A stretch of 64,000 bases of DNA from an uncultured Acidobacteriota bacterium (GTDB taxonomy: Bacteria; Acidobacteriota; Thermoanaerobaculia; Gp7-AA8), in assembly GCA_963741955.1 (NCBI GenBank), contig CAVUKB010000010.1:64001-128000 (forward strand). The letters are read 5' to 3'. Below the pieces are notes generated by a model. That model saw only the letters and a program-made list of their open reading frames with translations. It ran no database searches and was not told where the DNA came from. A program made the position numbers and the translations under genes. Positions 44,052 to 53,105 of this stretch are shown one piece after another. Position 1 is the first letter of the stretch. Each line of letters starts with the position of its first letter.

Positions 44052-45920
44052 ATGCAGGCATTCCGTCGATTCGTCGTTTCGTTCGTGATCGTCCTGACCG
44101 CAGGTGCGGTGATGGCGGCGCAGACCGCGCCGATCGATCTCACCGTCGACATGAGCGACATCGGCCAGAAGATCACTCATACGCACATGGTCATCCCGGT
44201 GTCTCCCGGACCGCTCGATCTCTATTATCCGAAGTGGATCCCGGGTGAGCACGGACCGACGGGGCCGATCGTGCAGATGGCGGGACTTCACATCACCGCG
44301 GCCGGAAAAGAACTGGCGTGGAAGCGCGATCTCCTCGAGATGTACGAGATCCACACCGTGGTCCCCGCAGGCGTCGACTCGATCAACGTCGATTTCGATT
44401 TTCTCGCTCCCGCGGGCGGATCGTTCACCGCGGGCGCATCGTCCACGCCGAATCTGGCGATCCTGAGCTGGAACAGCGTGGTCCTCTATCCGGCCGGCCA
44501 CGCCTCGGACGAGATCCTCTTCCACCCTTCACTGATCCTTCCCAGGGGATGGGACTACGCAACCGGGATGGAGACGCGCTCGACGAGCGGTGGAACGATC
44601 CACTTCGAGCCGGTCTCCCTCACCACCCTCATCGACTCGCCGGTTCAGAGCGGGACGATGTTGCGGAAGATCGAGATTCCGGACGGCGCGATCCATCACG
44701 AGATCGACCTGGTTTCCGACAGCCGCTGGGCCGAAGAGACGCCGAAGGATTTCGCGCAGCAGTACGGCAGGTTGGTCGCCGAAGCGAAGGCGCTGTTCGG
44801 AGCGCAGCACTACCGGCATTACAACTGGCTGCTGACGCTCAGCCATCATGTTCAGCACTTCGGTCTCGAACATCACGAATCGAGCGATGACCGGGTCGAC
44901 GAGAATCTGCTGGAGAACGAATCGGGCCGGAACCGGATCGCCGGACTTCTCGCTCACGAGTACGTCCATTCGTGGAACGGTAAGTATCGCCCGCCGGCCG
45001 GACTCGCGGTCTCGAACTACGACAAGCCGATGACGGACGAGCTCCTGTGGGTCTATGAGGGATTGACTACGTATCTCGGCAATCTTCTTCCGGCGCGCGC
45101 CGGACTCTGGACTCAGGAGTATTACCGCGAATCAGTGGCCGAGATCGCATCGAGCCTGAGCACGGCAACGGGACGTCAGTGGCGACCTCTGGCCGATACC
45201 GCGGTGGAAGCGCAGATCCTCTACGAATCGCCGCGCTCGTGGGGAACGTACCGCCGCGGCGTCGACTTCTATGACGAAGGTCTCATGGTCTGGCTCGACG
45301 CAGACATGACCATCCGGCGCCTGACCAATGGCCGGAAGTCTCTGGACGACTACCTCCATCTCTTCTACGGCGGCGAGAGCGGACATCCGGCGTTGAAGCC
45401 GTACACGTTCGACGACGTGGTGAATGCGATGAATCAGGTTGTGCCGTACGACTGGAAGAACTTTTTCCTCACGCGGCTGCAGTCGAAGGAGCCGCTGGCG
45501 CCGATGGGGGGCATCACCGGCGGAGGGTGGAAGCTCGTCTACAACGAAGAGCCGAACGCAGCGATCAAGGCGCGCGAGCATGACGGGAACCGGGATCTGA
45601 CCACCTCGATCGGCCTGTACCTCGGGAAGGACGGCCGCATCAGCGACGTGATCCGTTCGAGCGCGGCGTGGAAGGCGGGACTCGCTCCGGGAATGGACGT
45701 GGTGGCGGTGAACGGCCGGAAGTACAAGCCCGAAGTGATCGAGCACGTCGTCCGGGATTCGAAGAGCAGCAGCGCGCCGGTCACGCTTCTGATCGACGAC
45801 GACGGAGTCTTCAGGACGTACACAGTCGACTATCACGGCGGCCTGAGGTATCCGCATCTGGTGCGGGAGGAAGGAAAACCCGACCTCCTCAGCAAGCTTC
45901 TCCAGCCGCTGGCGAAGTAG
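44052..45920 (+). CDS. M61 family metallopeptidase with PDZ domain (second paralog)
   Basis: Signal peptide; YPKWIPGEHGP, LIDSPV, GLEHHESSD, HEYVHSWNGKYR, LWVYEGLTTY, DFYDEG. Confidence 0.9.
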   Translation: MQAFRRFVVSFVIVLTAGAVMAAQTAPIDLTVDMSDIGQKITHTHMVIPVSPGPLDLYYPKWIPGEHGPTGPIVQMAGLHITAAGKELAWKRDLLEMYEIHTVVPAGVDSINVDFDFLAPAGGSFTAGASSTPNLAILSWNSVVLYPAGHASDEILFHPSLILPRGWDYATGMETRSTSGGTIHFEPVSLTTLIDSPVQSGTMLRKIEIPDGAIHHEIDLVSDSRWAEETPKDFAQQYGRLVAEAKALFGAQHYRHYNWLLTLSHHVQHFGLEHHESSDDRVDENLLENESGRNRIAGLLAHEYVHSWNGKYRPPAGLAVSNYDKPMTDELLWVYEGLTTYLGNLLPARAGLWTQEYYRESVAEIASSLSTATGRQWRPLADTAVEAQILYESPRSWGTYRRGVDFYDEGLMVWLDADMTIRRLTNGRKSLDDYLHLFYGGESGHPALKPYTFDDVVNAMNQVVPYDWKNFFLTRLQSKEPLAPMGGITGGGWKLVYNEEPNAAIKAREHDGNRDLTTSIGLYLGKDGRISDVIRSSAAWKAGLAPGMDVVAVNGRKYKPEVIEHVVRDSKSSSAPVTLLIDDDGVFRTYTVDYHGGLRYPHLVREEGKPDLLSKLLQPLAK

Positions 45921-46134
45921 GCGACACGCCGGCTGCAAGAGTCTGCCCGGCAGAAACTGGGAGGCTCACGGGGTGCGATTCGAGTCGAGTTTGCGAGTGA
46001 GGGGACGGCTTCCGTCGTGCCGGGCCGCGGCCGAAGCCGCGGTGGCCGGTCGGTATCAGACAGAAGAAGTGCGGGAAGGCAGCCCAGGGGTTCGGGCTCG
46101 GATCACGCTGGCGTGACCCGAGCCCGTCGGATCA

Positions 46135-47484
46135 TCAGGAGCCGGAGGTTCCCGCGGTCGTCTTCAGATCTTCGAGCCTTTTCTTCAGCGCCGCGATCGT
46201 CCGCTTCGATCGTTGCTCCTCCGGGAGTGCTTCCGCTTCGGCGATCGCCGTTTCGAGCGCGGTACGTGCGCCAGCATCATCGCCGTTGCCGATCAGTGCC
46301 TCGATCTTCGTACGCCAGATGCCGAGGCGTCGAGGCCCGTAGGCGAGAGAGAGCGCACGGCCGGCAGCGGCGATTGCATCGTCATACTTCTTCATCTCGA
46401 GGTAAGTCAGGGCGAGACGCGCCGGCGGGTTGTAGTCGCCCGGGAAATCGCGCTGCGACTCTTCGAGCATCGGGATCGCTCGCTCTGGCTGACCGAGCTC
46501 GAAATACGCGCTGAGCCGGTGCGAGTCGAACACCGTGCGGGCCTCGGGGCTCTTTGCCGTCGCCGCTTCGTGATCCAGGAACGCGGACCACTCCTCGGTG
46601 AGCTCGTGCTTCCCTTCCTCGTCTCCGGCCGCCTCGCGTGCGGCGATCAGCTCCTGATAGAGCCCGGACCGGTCGTCCGCTTCGGGATGAAGCTGCTTGT
46701 CGGCCATTACCGCACGGGCGTCGATCTCGAGTTGCGCGCGCAGCTCGGAGCGGAAGTGATTCGAGTCGGGGAGGTTGATCGCACAATCGAGCCCCGTCGC
46801 GGCGACATTCAGCGCAGAGGATGAGTGGCGCAGACGGCGGAACGCATCACGTGCCGTCGTCGCACACTGGTCGTACTCGCCCGTCCCCTGCAGCGCGAAC
46901 AGAAGCGACTCGGTGACCCGTCCGCGCGGCCTCCACGCTGCCGGAGCGTCCTCGAGCAGCGCGGCATACGCCTTCGCGGCGCCGGCGTTGTCGCCGGATC
47001 CATAGAGGGTGTCGGCCACGGAGAGTTTCTTTGCGAGAAGATCCTGCTTCGGATTCACGGCGCGCAATCCGTCGTCGAGGATCTTCGCCAGCTGCGGCGC
47101 CGTCGCGCCTCCCAGCCAGCGGAGGACGACCTTTTCACTTCGCGGGTCGACCACGTAGAACGTCGGGTAGCCTTCGAGCGCGAACTTCTTCCTCAGCGCC
47201 GCGTTGGACTCTTTTTCACCATCGATCGCGAGCCAGACGAACCGTCCGGCATACCGCTCGAGAGACGCGTCGGTGAAGACGAACGCCTCCATGGAGCGGC
47301 ACGTGTGTCACCAGGGGGCCCAGGCTTCGACGAAGAGTGGAGCGTTCTTCGCCTTCGCCTGGGCCAGTGCCCGTGCGTAGTCATCGTGGATGAAAGGAAG
47401 CAAGTGGCTCTTCGTGGTCGCGCCGAGAGCGGCGGTCGAGAGAAGAGCGCCCACGATTCCCGCGAGGATCAGAGACCGTTTCAT
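46135..47484 (-). CDS. Secreted thioredoxin-domain/TPR protein with in-frame UGA (probable selenocysteine, UxxC)
   Basis: MKRSLILAG signal...FVEAWAPW-TGA(47308-47310)-HTCRSM, continuing in frame into 46135..47292 (EGYPTF cis-Pro loop, TPR helices). Confidence 0.85.
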
Positions 47485-47631
47485 CGAATGAGGTCCTCCA
47501 GCCGTTGGATGCGGCATCCGATGATATCGGAACATCGAGCTCGAGAATTTCCGCGGCTGGTCAGGATGGCGAACTTCAACCCGGAGCGGGCTTGGTGGTG
47601 ATCGGGCGGTATCGGCAGGCCTCGTCGGATC

Positions 47632-48321
47632 CTAATTCGGGTAAGGATCACGAAAGGCGCGGACGGTGCGACCCCAGAAAAAGCTGAGAGCGCCGCCCAG
47701 GAGAAGGATTCCACCGCCGATGGTCGAGAGGGAGATCGCGATGGTCGGAGGGTTATCGAGAAATACCCCATACAGCACGCGGGCGGCTCCGACCAGGAGG
47801 GAAGCACCTGCGAGGACGATTGGAGCCGGATCAAAACGCCGCAGGATCAAAGTCGCGAACGTCTGCGCCGTCGCCAAGGCAGCTGCCAGAACCAGGTCGA
47901 CACCCGCCAACAGAAGCACCTCGCCACCGAAGTAATCGGGGCGGGCGATGATGCGTGATCCGGCAAAGAGGATACTCGTCGCCAAAACCGCCACGACGCA
48001 GGAACCTCCAAAGGACATCCCGACGATCGAGCCGATGTACTCCGCCGCAGAGACCGGGAGGACCGTGGCGCGGGGACGGTCATCGAGCCAGCCGTCGCGA
48101 TTGAGAGACGCTCGTGCCGAAATCGCGGCATAAACCGGAACCAGAACCAGAAATGCCGCTGCCAAAGCAAAGAAGCTTTCGAAGGATCGCGGAGAATACG
48201 GGGTGGGAAAGATGAAAATGCCGAGCAGAATCGTTCCTGTGAATCCGAACAGAAGTCTCTTCGTAAGGAGAAATGTTCGCAAGAGACAAGCAACGAGCGC
48301 GTGGACTCTGACTTCAAACAT
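47632..48321 (-). CDS. Putative ABC transporter permease (about 6 TM)
   Basis: Hydrophobic 229-aa ORF overlapping the ABC ATPase stop. Confidence 0.65.
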   Translation of the reverse strand: MFEVRVHALVACLLRTFLLTKRLLFGFTGTILLGIFIFPTPYSPRSFESFFALAAAFLVLVPVYAAISARASLNRDGWLDDRPRATVLPVSAAEYIGSIVGMSFGGSCVVAVLATSILFAGSRIIARPDYFGGEVLLLAGVDLVLAAALATAQTFATLILRRFDPAPIVLAGASLLVGAARVLYGVFLDNPPTIAISLSTIGGGILLLGGALSFFWGRTVRAFRDPYPN

Positions 48322-48943
48322 GATGAAGAACCTTGGCGGTCGATCCGGTTCGCACCATCGTGTATCGATCCGAATCAGCGGGCCACGTCGTCTGACCGGT
48401 GTCCTGCGTCGCGATGAGGATCAGCGATCGTGTCGATGCCTCGAGAGCGATCCGGGAGAGGGTTTCTGCGCGTGACGAATCGAGGAACGCGAGCGTCTCG
48501 TCCAGGACGACGACCTCGGAACCGGAAGAACATGCGATGACGTGCTCGATCATCCGCTGCTCGCCCGCCGAGCACGTACCAATTCTGCGTTGCCTCGTCA
48601 GCCCGAATCCGTCGATGCTGCTCTCGGCAAATTCAAGGTCGAACGCGGGATAAAGGAGTCTGGCTATTGCAAGAATGTCGCGCACCGTGAGCTCGTCCAG
48701 CCATGGGCGTTCCTGGGACACGTATGCGACTCGACGCCGCATCGCGTCCCGAGGCATTTCGATCGAATCGAGGTATACGTGACCGTCTGCAACTGGTCTC
48801 CGTCCGGTGAGTGCGTCGAGCAGGGTGGTCTTTCCACTTCCGTTCTCTCCGACCAGCAGAGAGATTCGGCCGAGTCGAACGAACATTTCGTCGGCGTAGA
48901 TGGAAAACCCGGTTCTATGGACGATCAGTCCACAAATGGACAA
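48314..48943 (-). CDS. ABC transporter ATP-binding protein (divergent)
   Basis: Walker A GENGSGKTT, Q-loop YVSQE, signature CSAGE, Walker B VVVLDE, H-loop replaced by ATQD; probable TTG start at 48943. Confidence 0.85.
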   Translation of the reverse strand: MSICGLIVHRTGFSIYADEMFVRLGRISLLVGENGSGKTTLLDALTGRRPVADGHVYLDSIEMPRDAMRRRVAYVSQERPWLDELTVRDILAIARLLYPAFDLEFAESSIDGFGLTRQRRIGTCSAGEQRMIEHVIACSSGSEVVVLDETLAFLDSSRAETLSRIALEASTRSLILIATQDTGQTTWPADSDRYTMVRTGSTAKVLHHV

Positions 48944-48966
48944 AGCGCCTCGCGGCTGAGTGTGAT

Positions 48967-48988
48967 GGGCGGGGCCACAGCCCCTCCC
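48967..48988 (-). terminator. GC hairpin after the precursor gene (mRNA-stabilising or attenuating)
   Basis: GGGAGGGGC-TGTG-GCCCCGCCC about 10 nt after the TAA; no U-tract. Confidence 0.5.
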
Positions 48989-48998
48989 AGGACTAGGA

Positions 48999-49574
48999 TT
49001 ACGCACAAGCATACAGGCTGGCCGAGGCGACTTCGAAGCTGGCAACTGCGACGAAAATACTGGCGCCGCCCGTTGCGGGCGTGAGCATGACCAGGCCGGC
49101 GAAAGAGAGCCCCCAGCCGGTCACAGCGAGCGCACAGCCCCAGCTCTCGGCATTGACCGTATCGGCCGAGGTTATCAGCGTATTGCCATCCACGAACTCA
49201 CGAAACGAGCGTGCAAGCGCAACCAGCGACGGATCGGGCGTGGTCGCACGTAGTTCATGTTCCGCAGCAATATGTTCATTCCGGTAACGCCCTTCGAGCC
49301 AAATTCGATCGGACGTTTCTCCTCGAAGGTTCAGTTCGAATGATTCTCCATCCTCTCTCACGAAAGTGATGGATCTTCCCACGCCGCGAAACAGCTGAAG
49401 AGTCTTGCCGGCGACAGTGATCGAACCAAGATATGAAGTCGCGACACCACGCGAACTCTGGCTGGTGATCTCGACTTGATCGGTGGGCACTGGTGTTGCC
49501 GCGATCGCCGGTAGAGCGAGGAGTATGGAGAGTGAGAGTGCGATTGTTCTGTACAACGAGAGGCCCCTTTCCAT
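48999..49574 (-). CDS. Secreted protein with C-terminal hydrophobic bacteriocin-like peptide
   Basis: Sec signal ending ...PAIA; hydrophilic middle; C-terminal SWGCALAVTGWGLSFAGLVMLTPATGGASIFVAVASFEVASASLYACA. Confidence 0.7.
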   Translation of the reverse strand: MERGLSLYRTIALSLSILLALPAIAATPVPTDQVEITSQSSRGVATSYLGSITVAGKTLQLFRGVGRSITFVREDGESFELNLRGETSDRIWLEGRYRNEHIAAEHELRATTPDPSLVALARSFREFVDGNTLITSADTVNAESWGCALAVTGWGLSFAGLVMLTPATGGASIFVAVASFEVASASLYACA

Positions 49575-49715
49575 TTCGGTGATTTCGCGCGCGATGCTAG
49601 TAGCTGCTCCCTGGACTTGTCAACCGAGCATTCTCGGCTCGCTTCGCCAGGCCGTTGCCCTCCTGTCGAGTCACGGGAGGTTCAATCGCTTGCCTCGATG
49701 ATTGCTCGAACTCCA

Positions 49716-50411
49716 TCAATGGCGCTGCGGTGACCCGACATACACGTCGACTCCGGGAGAATCGTGTGCGAGCTCGGGAGGAGCGTCGAGGCGAATGCCT
49801 GCCGCGCGGGTGACGGTCTCTTCGAGCCTGGTGATCGTGAGCGGCCGATAGCGGTAGGGGTGGTGCCGCACGTGCGCCGCGAAGATGTGTCCCCGATGAT
49901 GTGCGAAGAGAGCATAGCGTTCGAGAAGAAAGTGGTCGAGAGTGGTCGCCGAAGCAGTGGTGAGCTCTCCTTCTGCGAATGACGACATCCGGAACGAGGC
50001 TTCCGTCTCCCGTCGCCGCGACTCGTATTCGACCCGTCCGTCAGCCGTCTCCATCGACATCTGCGCGAAGAAGTAGGGGAGATGGTACGTCGCGCGTGCG
50101 GCGGCGACCGCGAGACGGCTCGCCGCGTCGAGACTGAAAAAGAAGACTCCGGAGAGATCCCGATGCCGGACGTACGTTCTCAGGTTCAGCTCGAGAAACG
50201 AGGCGACCAGCGGAAACGGGAGAAATGGCGGGACGAATCGCGGCCGCGAATCGCGGATCTCGAAAGGCACGAGAGTGATCCATGCGGCGCCGTCGAACGT
50301 CTCGATCTCGAGCATCGGCGGCACCAGCGGGCGGAGATCCTCCGGAGCGATCCGCCAGTGAAGAAACCCGAGCCGGCTCCACTTCTGACGCCCGATGAAG
50401 AATGTCGCCAT
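49716..50411 (-). CDS. DUF2071 (YqjF-like) protein
   Basis: Q.W..L.FLHW, DGAAWITLVPF, FLELNLRTYV, GVFFFSLDA, LPYF, FLLERY. Confidence 0.85.
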   Translation of the reverse strand: MATFFIGRQKWSRLGFLHWRIAPEDLRPLVPPMLEIETFDGAAWITLVPFEIRDSRPRFVPPFLPFPLVASFLELNLRTYVRHRDLSGVFFFSLDAASRLAVAAARATYHLPYFFAQMSMETADGRVEYESRRRETEASFRMSSFAEGELTTASATTLDHFLLERYALFAHHRGHIFAAHVRHHPYRYRPLTITRLEETVTRAAGIRLDAPPELAHDSPGVDVYVGSPQRH

Positions 50412-50457
50412 TCCGGTACGATACGCCAGATCAGAGAGCGGCCGTTCGGCCGCCTCG

Positions 50458-50595
50458 TCATTCGTCGAGATCGATCTCGTCGAGGATCTCTTCGAGCTCG
50501 AAGATCACATCCTCCCATCCGGTATATTCACCGGCCTCGGATTCGGGTGAGGCGACGCACGGCGAGTCGACGACGAACGGTGTTTCGCGTTCCAT
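50458..50595 (-). CDS. Small acidic protein (45 aa), not in the ORF track
   Basis: GAAAGGAG RBS, then MERETPFVVDSPCVASPESEAGEYTGWEDVIFELEEILDEIDLDE*; GC hairpin immediately after the stop. Confidence 0.6.
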   Translation of the reverse strand: MERETPFVVDSPCVASPESEAGEYTGWEDVIFELEEILDEIDLDE

Positions 50596-50760
50596 GAGCA
50601 CTCCTTTCGAGCGCCCTCTTCTTCCTGATCAGTGCCGTGCGGGCGAGAAGGCTCAATTGCCGTCGATCCAGCCGGTTAGCGGAGTTTCGCGCTGTCGCCG
50701 GTCGTCAAAAATCCTTGCGGAGATCTCCGCGTTGCCAGACTTTCTGCGTTCGCCGTCGAT

Positions 50761-51474
50761 TCAGACGCCGAAGAGCCGGATCGCTGCGCCGCAGAAGAAG
50801 ATCGTCGCCCCTGCTGCGGCGTGGCTCCAGCGATCGAGAGTCGCCGTGCTGATCCGCTCCACTCCGAGCTGCAGGAGAAGCACCGCAGCGATCATCGTGC
50901 CGATCGTCAGCGTGGAAAAGACGATCGTCACTGCGACCAGGAGATGCCGCTCCCCGCGGGCGGCCGGAAACATGAGGAGAGGAATCATCGGTTCGCACGG
51001 CCCGAGGAGGAAGATGGTGAAGAGGACCCACGACGAGGTGCCGATCTTTCCCTCCCGCGGGTGCGGATGGAGATGTTCCGACTGGTGCTGATGCTCGTGC
51101 AGGTGGACCTCGCCGTCGCCATGCCTGTGGACGTGCGTGTGCGTCCGGCCGCGCCGCGCTCTTCGCACACCCCAGACGAAGTAGACCAGCCCGAACGCGA
51201 TCAGACCCCATGAGGCGAGATCTCCGCGCAGCGTTTCGATCTCGCCGAGGCGCCCGATGCCGACACCGAGTGCGACGCCGATCAGTCCGAGCACGACCGA
51301 GCTGAGAACGTGACCCAACCCGCAGAAGAGCGTCACGGCGATCAGCCGCGATCGCGACCAGTGCCCCGCTCGAGACATCCCGACGAATGGAAGGTAGTGG
51401 TCGGGCCCGAGAGCCGAGTGTGCCACGGCGATTCCCGCCGCCGTGGTCAGAAGGATCGTATTCGCCGCATCCAT
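50761..51474 (-). CDS. Nickel/cobalt transporter-like membrane protein (UreH/NiCoT-related, His-rich loop)
   Basis: HSALGPDHYLPF, GHVLSS, HTHVHRH...HLHEHQH..EHLHPH, GPCEP; divergent from the NiFe hydrogenase operon. Confidence 0.8.
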   Translation of the reverse strand: MDAANTILLTTAAGIAVAHSALGPDHYLPFVGMSRAGHWSRSRLIAVTLFCGLGHVLSSVVLGLIGVALGVGIGRLGEIETLRGDLASWGLIAFGLVYFVWGVRRARRGRTHTHVHRHGDGEVHLHEHQHQSEHLHPHPREGKIGTSSWVLFTIFLLGPCEPMIPLLMFPAARGERHLLVAVTIVFSTLTIGTMIAAVLLLQLGVERISTATLDRWSHAAAGATIFFCGAAIRLFGV

Positions 51475-51537
51475 CGAGAGATCCTCATCGCTTCGCTGAT
51501 GAATTTTTCCGCAGCAGTCGTCTGTCGCCGGAGAGGG

Positions 51538-51615
51538 GCCCGGAATTTTCCGGGCGGACTATTGAAAAAATTGCTTAACCAGATTAATAATGTCTCACAT
51601 TCACATTTGCAATAC
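51538..51615. promoter_or_regulatory. AT-rich divergent promoter region with palindrome
   Basis: GCCCGGAA-TT-TTCCGGGC palindrome, then TTGAAAAAATTGCTTAACCAGATTAATAATGTCTCACATTCACATTTGCAAT (sigma70-like -35/-10 boxes) in a high-GC background. Confidence 0.55.
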
Positions 51616-51668
51616 CGGTTCGTGCCTCCGGCATACCGCCGTGAGCCACTTCAGACAGGAGATGGGGC

Positions 51669-52223
51669 GTGGCCTCGAAGCTTCCGTCTTTCCCCGGTTC
51701 CAGGGATCTGGCGCACCTCGACAAGGTGGCGGCCGATGCGTGTTTCCAGTGCAACCGCTGCACGGCCGGATGCCCTCTTTTCGCCGCGATGGATCTCTCC
51801 CCCGCGCAGATGGTCCATCATCTCCTTCTCGGCGAGTGGGAGCCGGTGGTCGAGTCGGATGCGATCTGGGCCTGCGTCCATTGTGAAACGTGCACGGCGC
51901 GTTGCCCGCAGCAGGTCGACGTCTCCGGGCTCCTCCACGCGGCCCGCGTCGCGGCATGGCAGGCCGGAAGGCTTCCCCGCGACAAGACCATCGCCACGTA
52001 CTTCGCCTCTTTCGTGGAGAACCTCTACCTGTACGGTCGCTCGGCCGAGCTCCCGCTGACCCTGATCTGGAAGCTCAAGTCCGAGGACTATCTGCGGGAC
52101 ATGCTGCTCGGGATCCGGCTCCTTTCCCGAGGAAAGCTCGCTCTGTTCGGTCTGCCGAAGGGAGGCGCGACCTACCGCCGTCTCTACGATCGGGTGAAGC
52201 AGAAGGAGGCAGCCGGATCATGA
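51669..52223 (+). CDS. hdrC: Heterodisulfide reductase subunit C-like
   Basis: CFQCNRCTAGCP and CVHCETCTARCP (2x 4Fe-4S). Confidence 0.9.
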   Translation: MASKLPSFPGSRDLAHLDKVAADACFQCNRCTAGCPLFAAMDLSPAQMVHHLLLGEWEPVVESDAIWACVHCETCTARCPQQVDVSGLLHAARVAAWQAGRLPRDKTIATYFASFVENLYLYGRSAELPLTLIWKLKSEDYLRDMLLGIRLLSRGKLALFGLPKGGATYRRLYDRVKQKEAAGS

Positions 52224-53098
52224 AACGCTACGCCTACTATCCCGGCTGCTCACTCGAGAAGATGACCAGCGAGTACGACGTTTCGTTCCGGAACGTCTGC
52301 GACGTTCTCGGCATCGAGCTGGAAGAGCCGCGCGACTGGTTCTGCTGCGGCGCGGGCATGGTCGGCAACGTCTCGCCGCTCCTCGGGCTCGCGGTCCCGT
52401 TGAAGAATCTCGTCCTGGCCCGCGAGACGGGACTGGGGGAGTTCGTTTCCCCCTGCTCGGCCTGTTACAACCAGTTCAAGCGCGCTCAGCACGAGATTTC
52501 TGAAGACCTGACCCTTCGCGCCGATCTCGAGGAGATCGTGGAGGCGCCCCTCGAGCATCAGCCCGAAGTTCTCCATCCCCTGGAGATGCTGCTGCGCGAG
52601 GTGAACGGCTCGAAGCCCCGAATCGAGCGATCCGCACCGGAGCTTCGTGTCGCCTGCTACTACGGATGTCTCCTCACCCGGCCGCCGAAGATCGTGACGT
52701 TCGACGATTGCGAGGATCCGCGGTCGATGGACCGGCTGCTGCAGCGGTTCGGCATCCAGACCATCGACTGGTCACAGAAGACGCGCTGCTGCGGCGCGTT
52801 CTACGCCATGGTGAATCCCGATCGCGTCCTCGAGCTCACCCGCGAGATTCTGCAGGGGGCTCTGGAGGCGGGGGCGAACGCCATCGCCGTCGCCTGCCCG
52901 GTCTGTCATCTGAATCTCGATTCGCGACAGCCGGAGGTGAACGACCGGTTCGGCACGACTTACGGCATCCCGGTTTTCTACTTTTCTCAGCTTCTCGGCT
53001 TCGCCCTCGGTGTCCCGACCGAAGGACTCGGCCTCTGGAGACATGTCGTCGATCCACAACCCCTCCTGAGCCCGAAAGCGGCCGTCGTCGCTGGTTGA
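52220..53098 (+). CDS. hdrB: Heterodisulfide reductase subunit B-like
   Basis: MKRYAYYPGCS, WFCCG, PCSAC, YYGCLLTRP, RCCG, ACPVCHLNLD (two CCG domains). Confidence 0.93.
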   Translation: MKRYAYYPGCSLEKMTSEYDVSFRNVCDVLGIELEEPRDWFCCGAGMVGNVSPLLGLAVPLKNLVLARETGLGEFVSPCSACYNQFKRAQHEISEDLTLRADLEEIVEAPLEHQPEVLHPLEMLLREVNGSKPRIERSAPELRVACYYGCLLTRPPKIVTFDDCEDPRSMDRLLQRFGIQTIDWSQKTRCCGAFYAMVNPDRVLELTREILQGALEAGANAIAVACPVCHLNLDSRQPEVNDRFGTTYGIPVFYFSQLLGFALGVPTEGLGLWRHVVDPQPLLSPKAAVVAG

Positions 53099-53105
53099 GG
53101 CGCGT

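Noticed and set aside
50458-50595. Pup/UBact ubiquitin-like protein
   Set aside because: Lacks the C-terminal GGE/GGQ, and no pafA/dop/proteasome genes are nearby; kept only as a microprotein.
51585-51610. Rex or Crp/Fnr operator upstream of hdrC
   Set aside because: Only a half-site (TTCACA) matches; insufficient to call.
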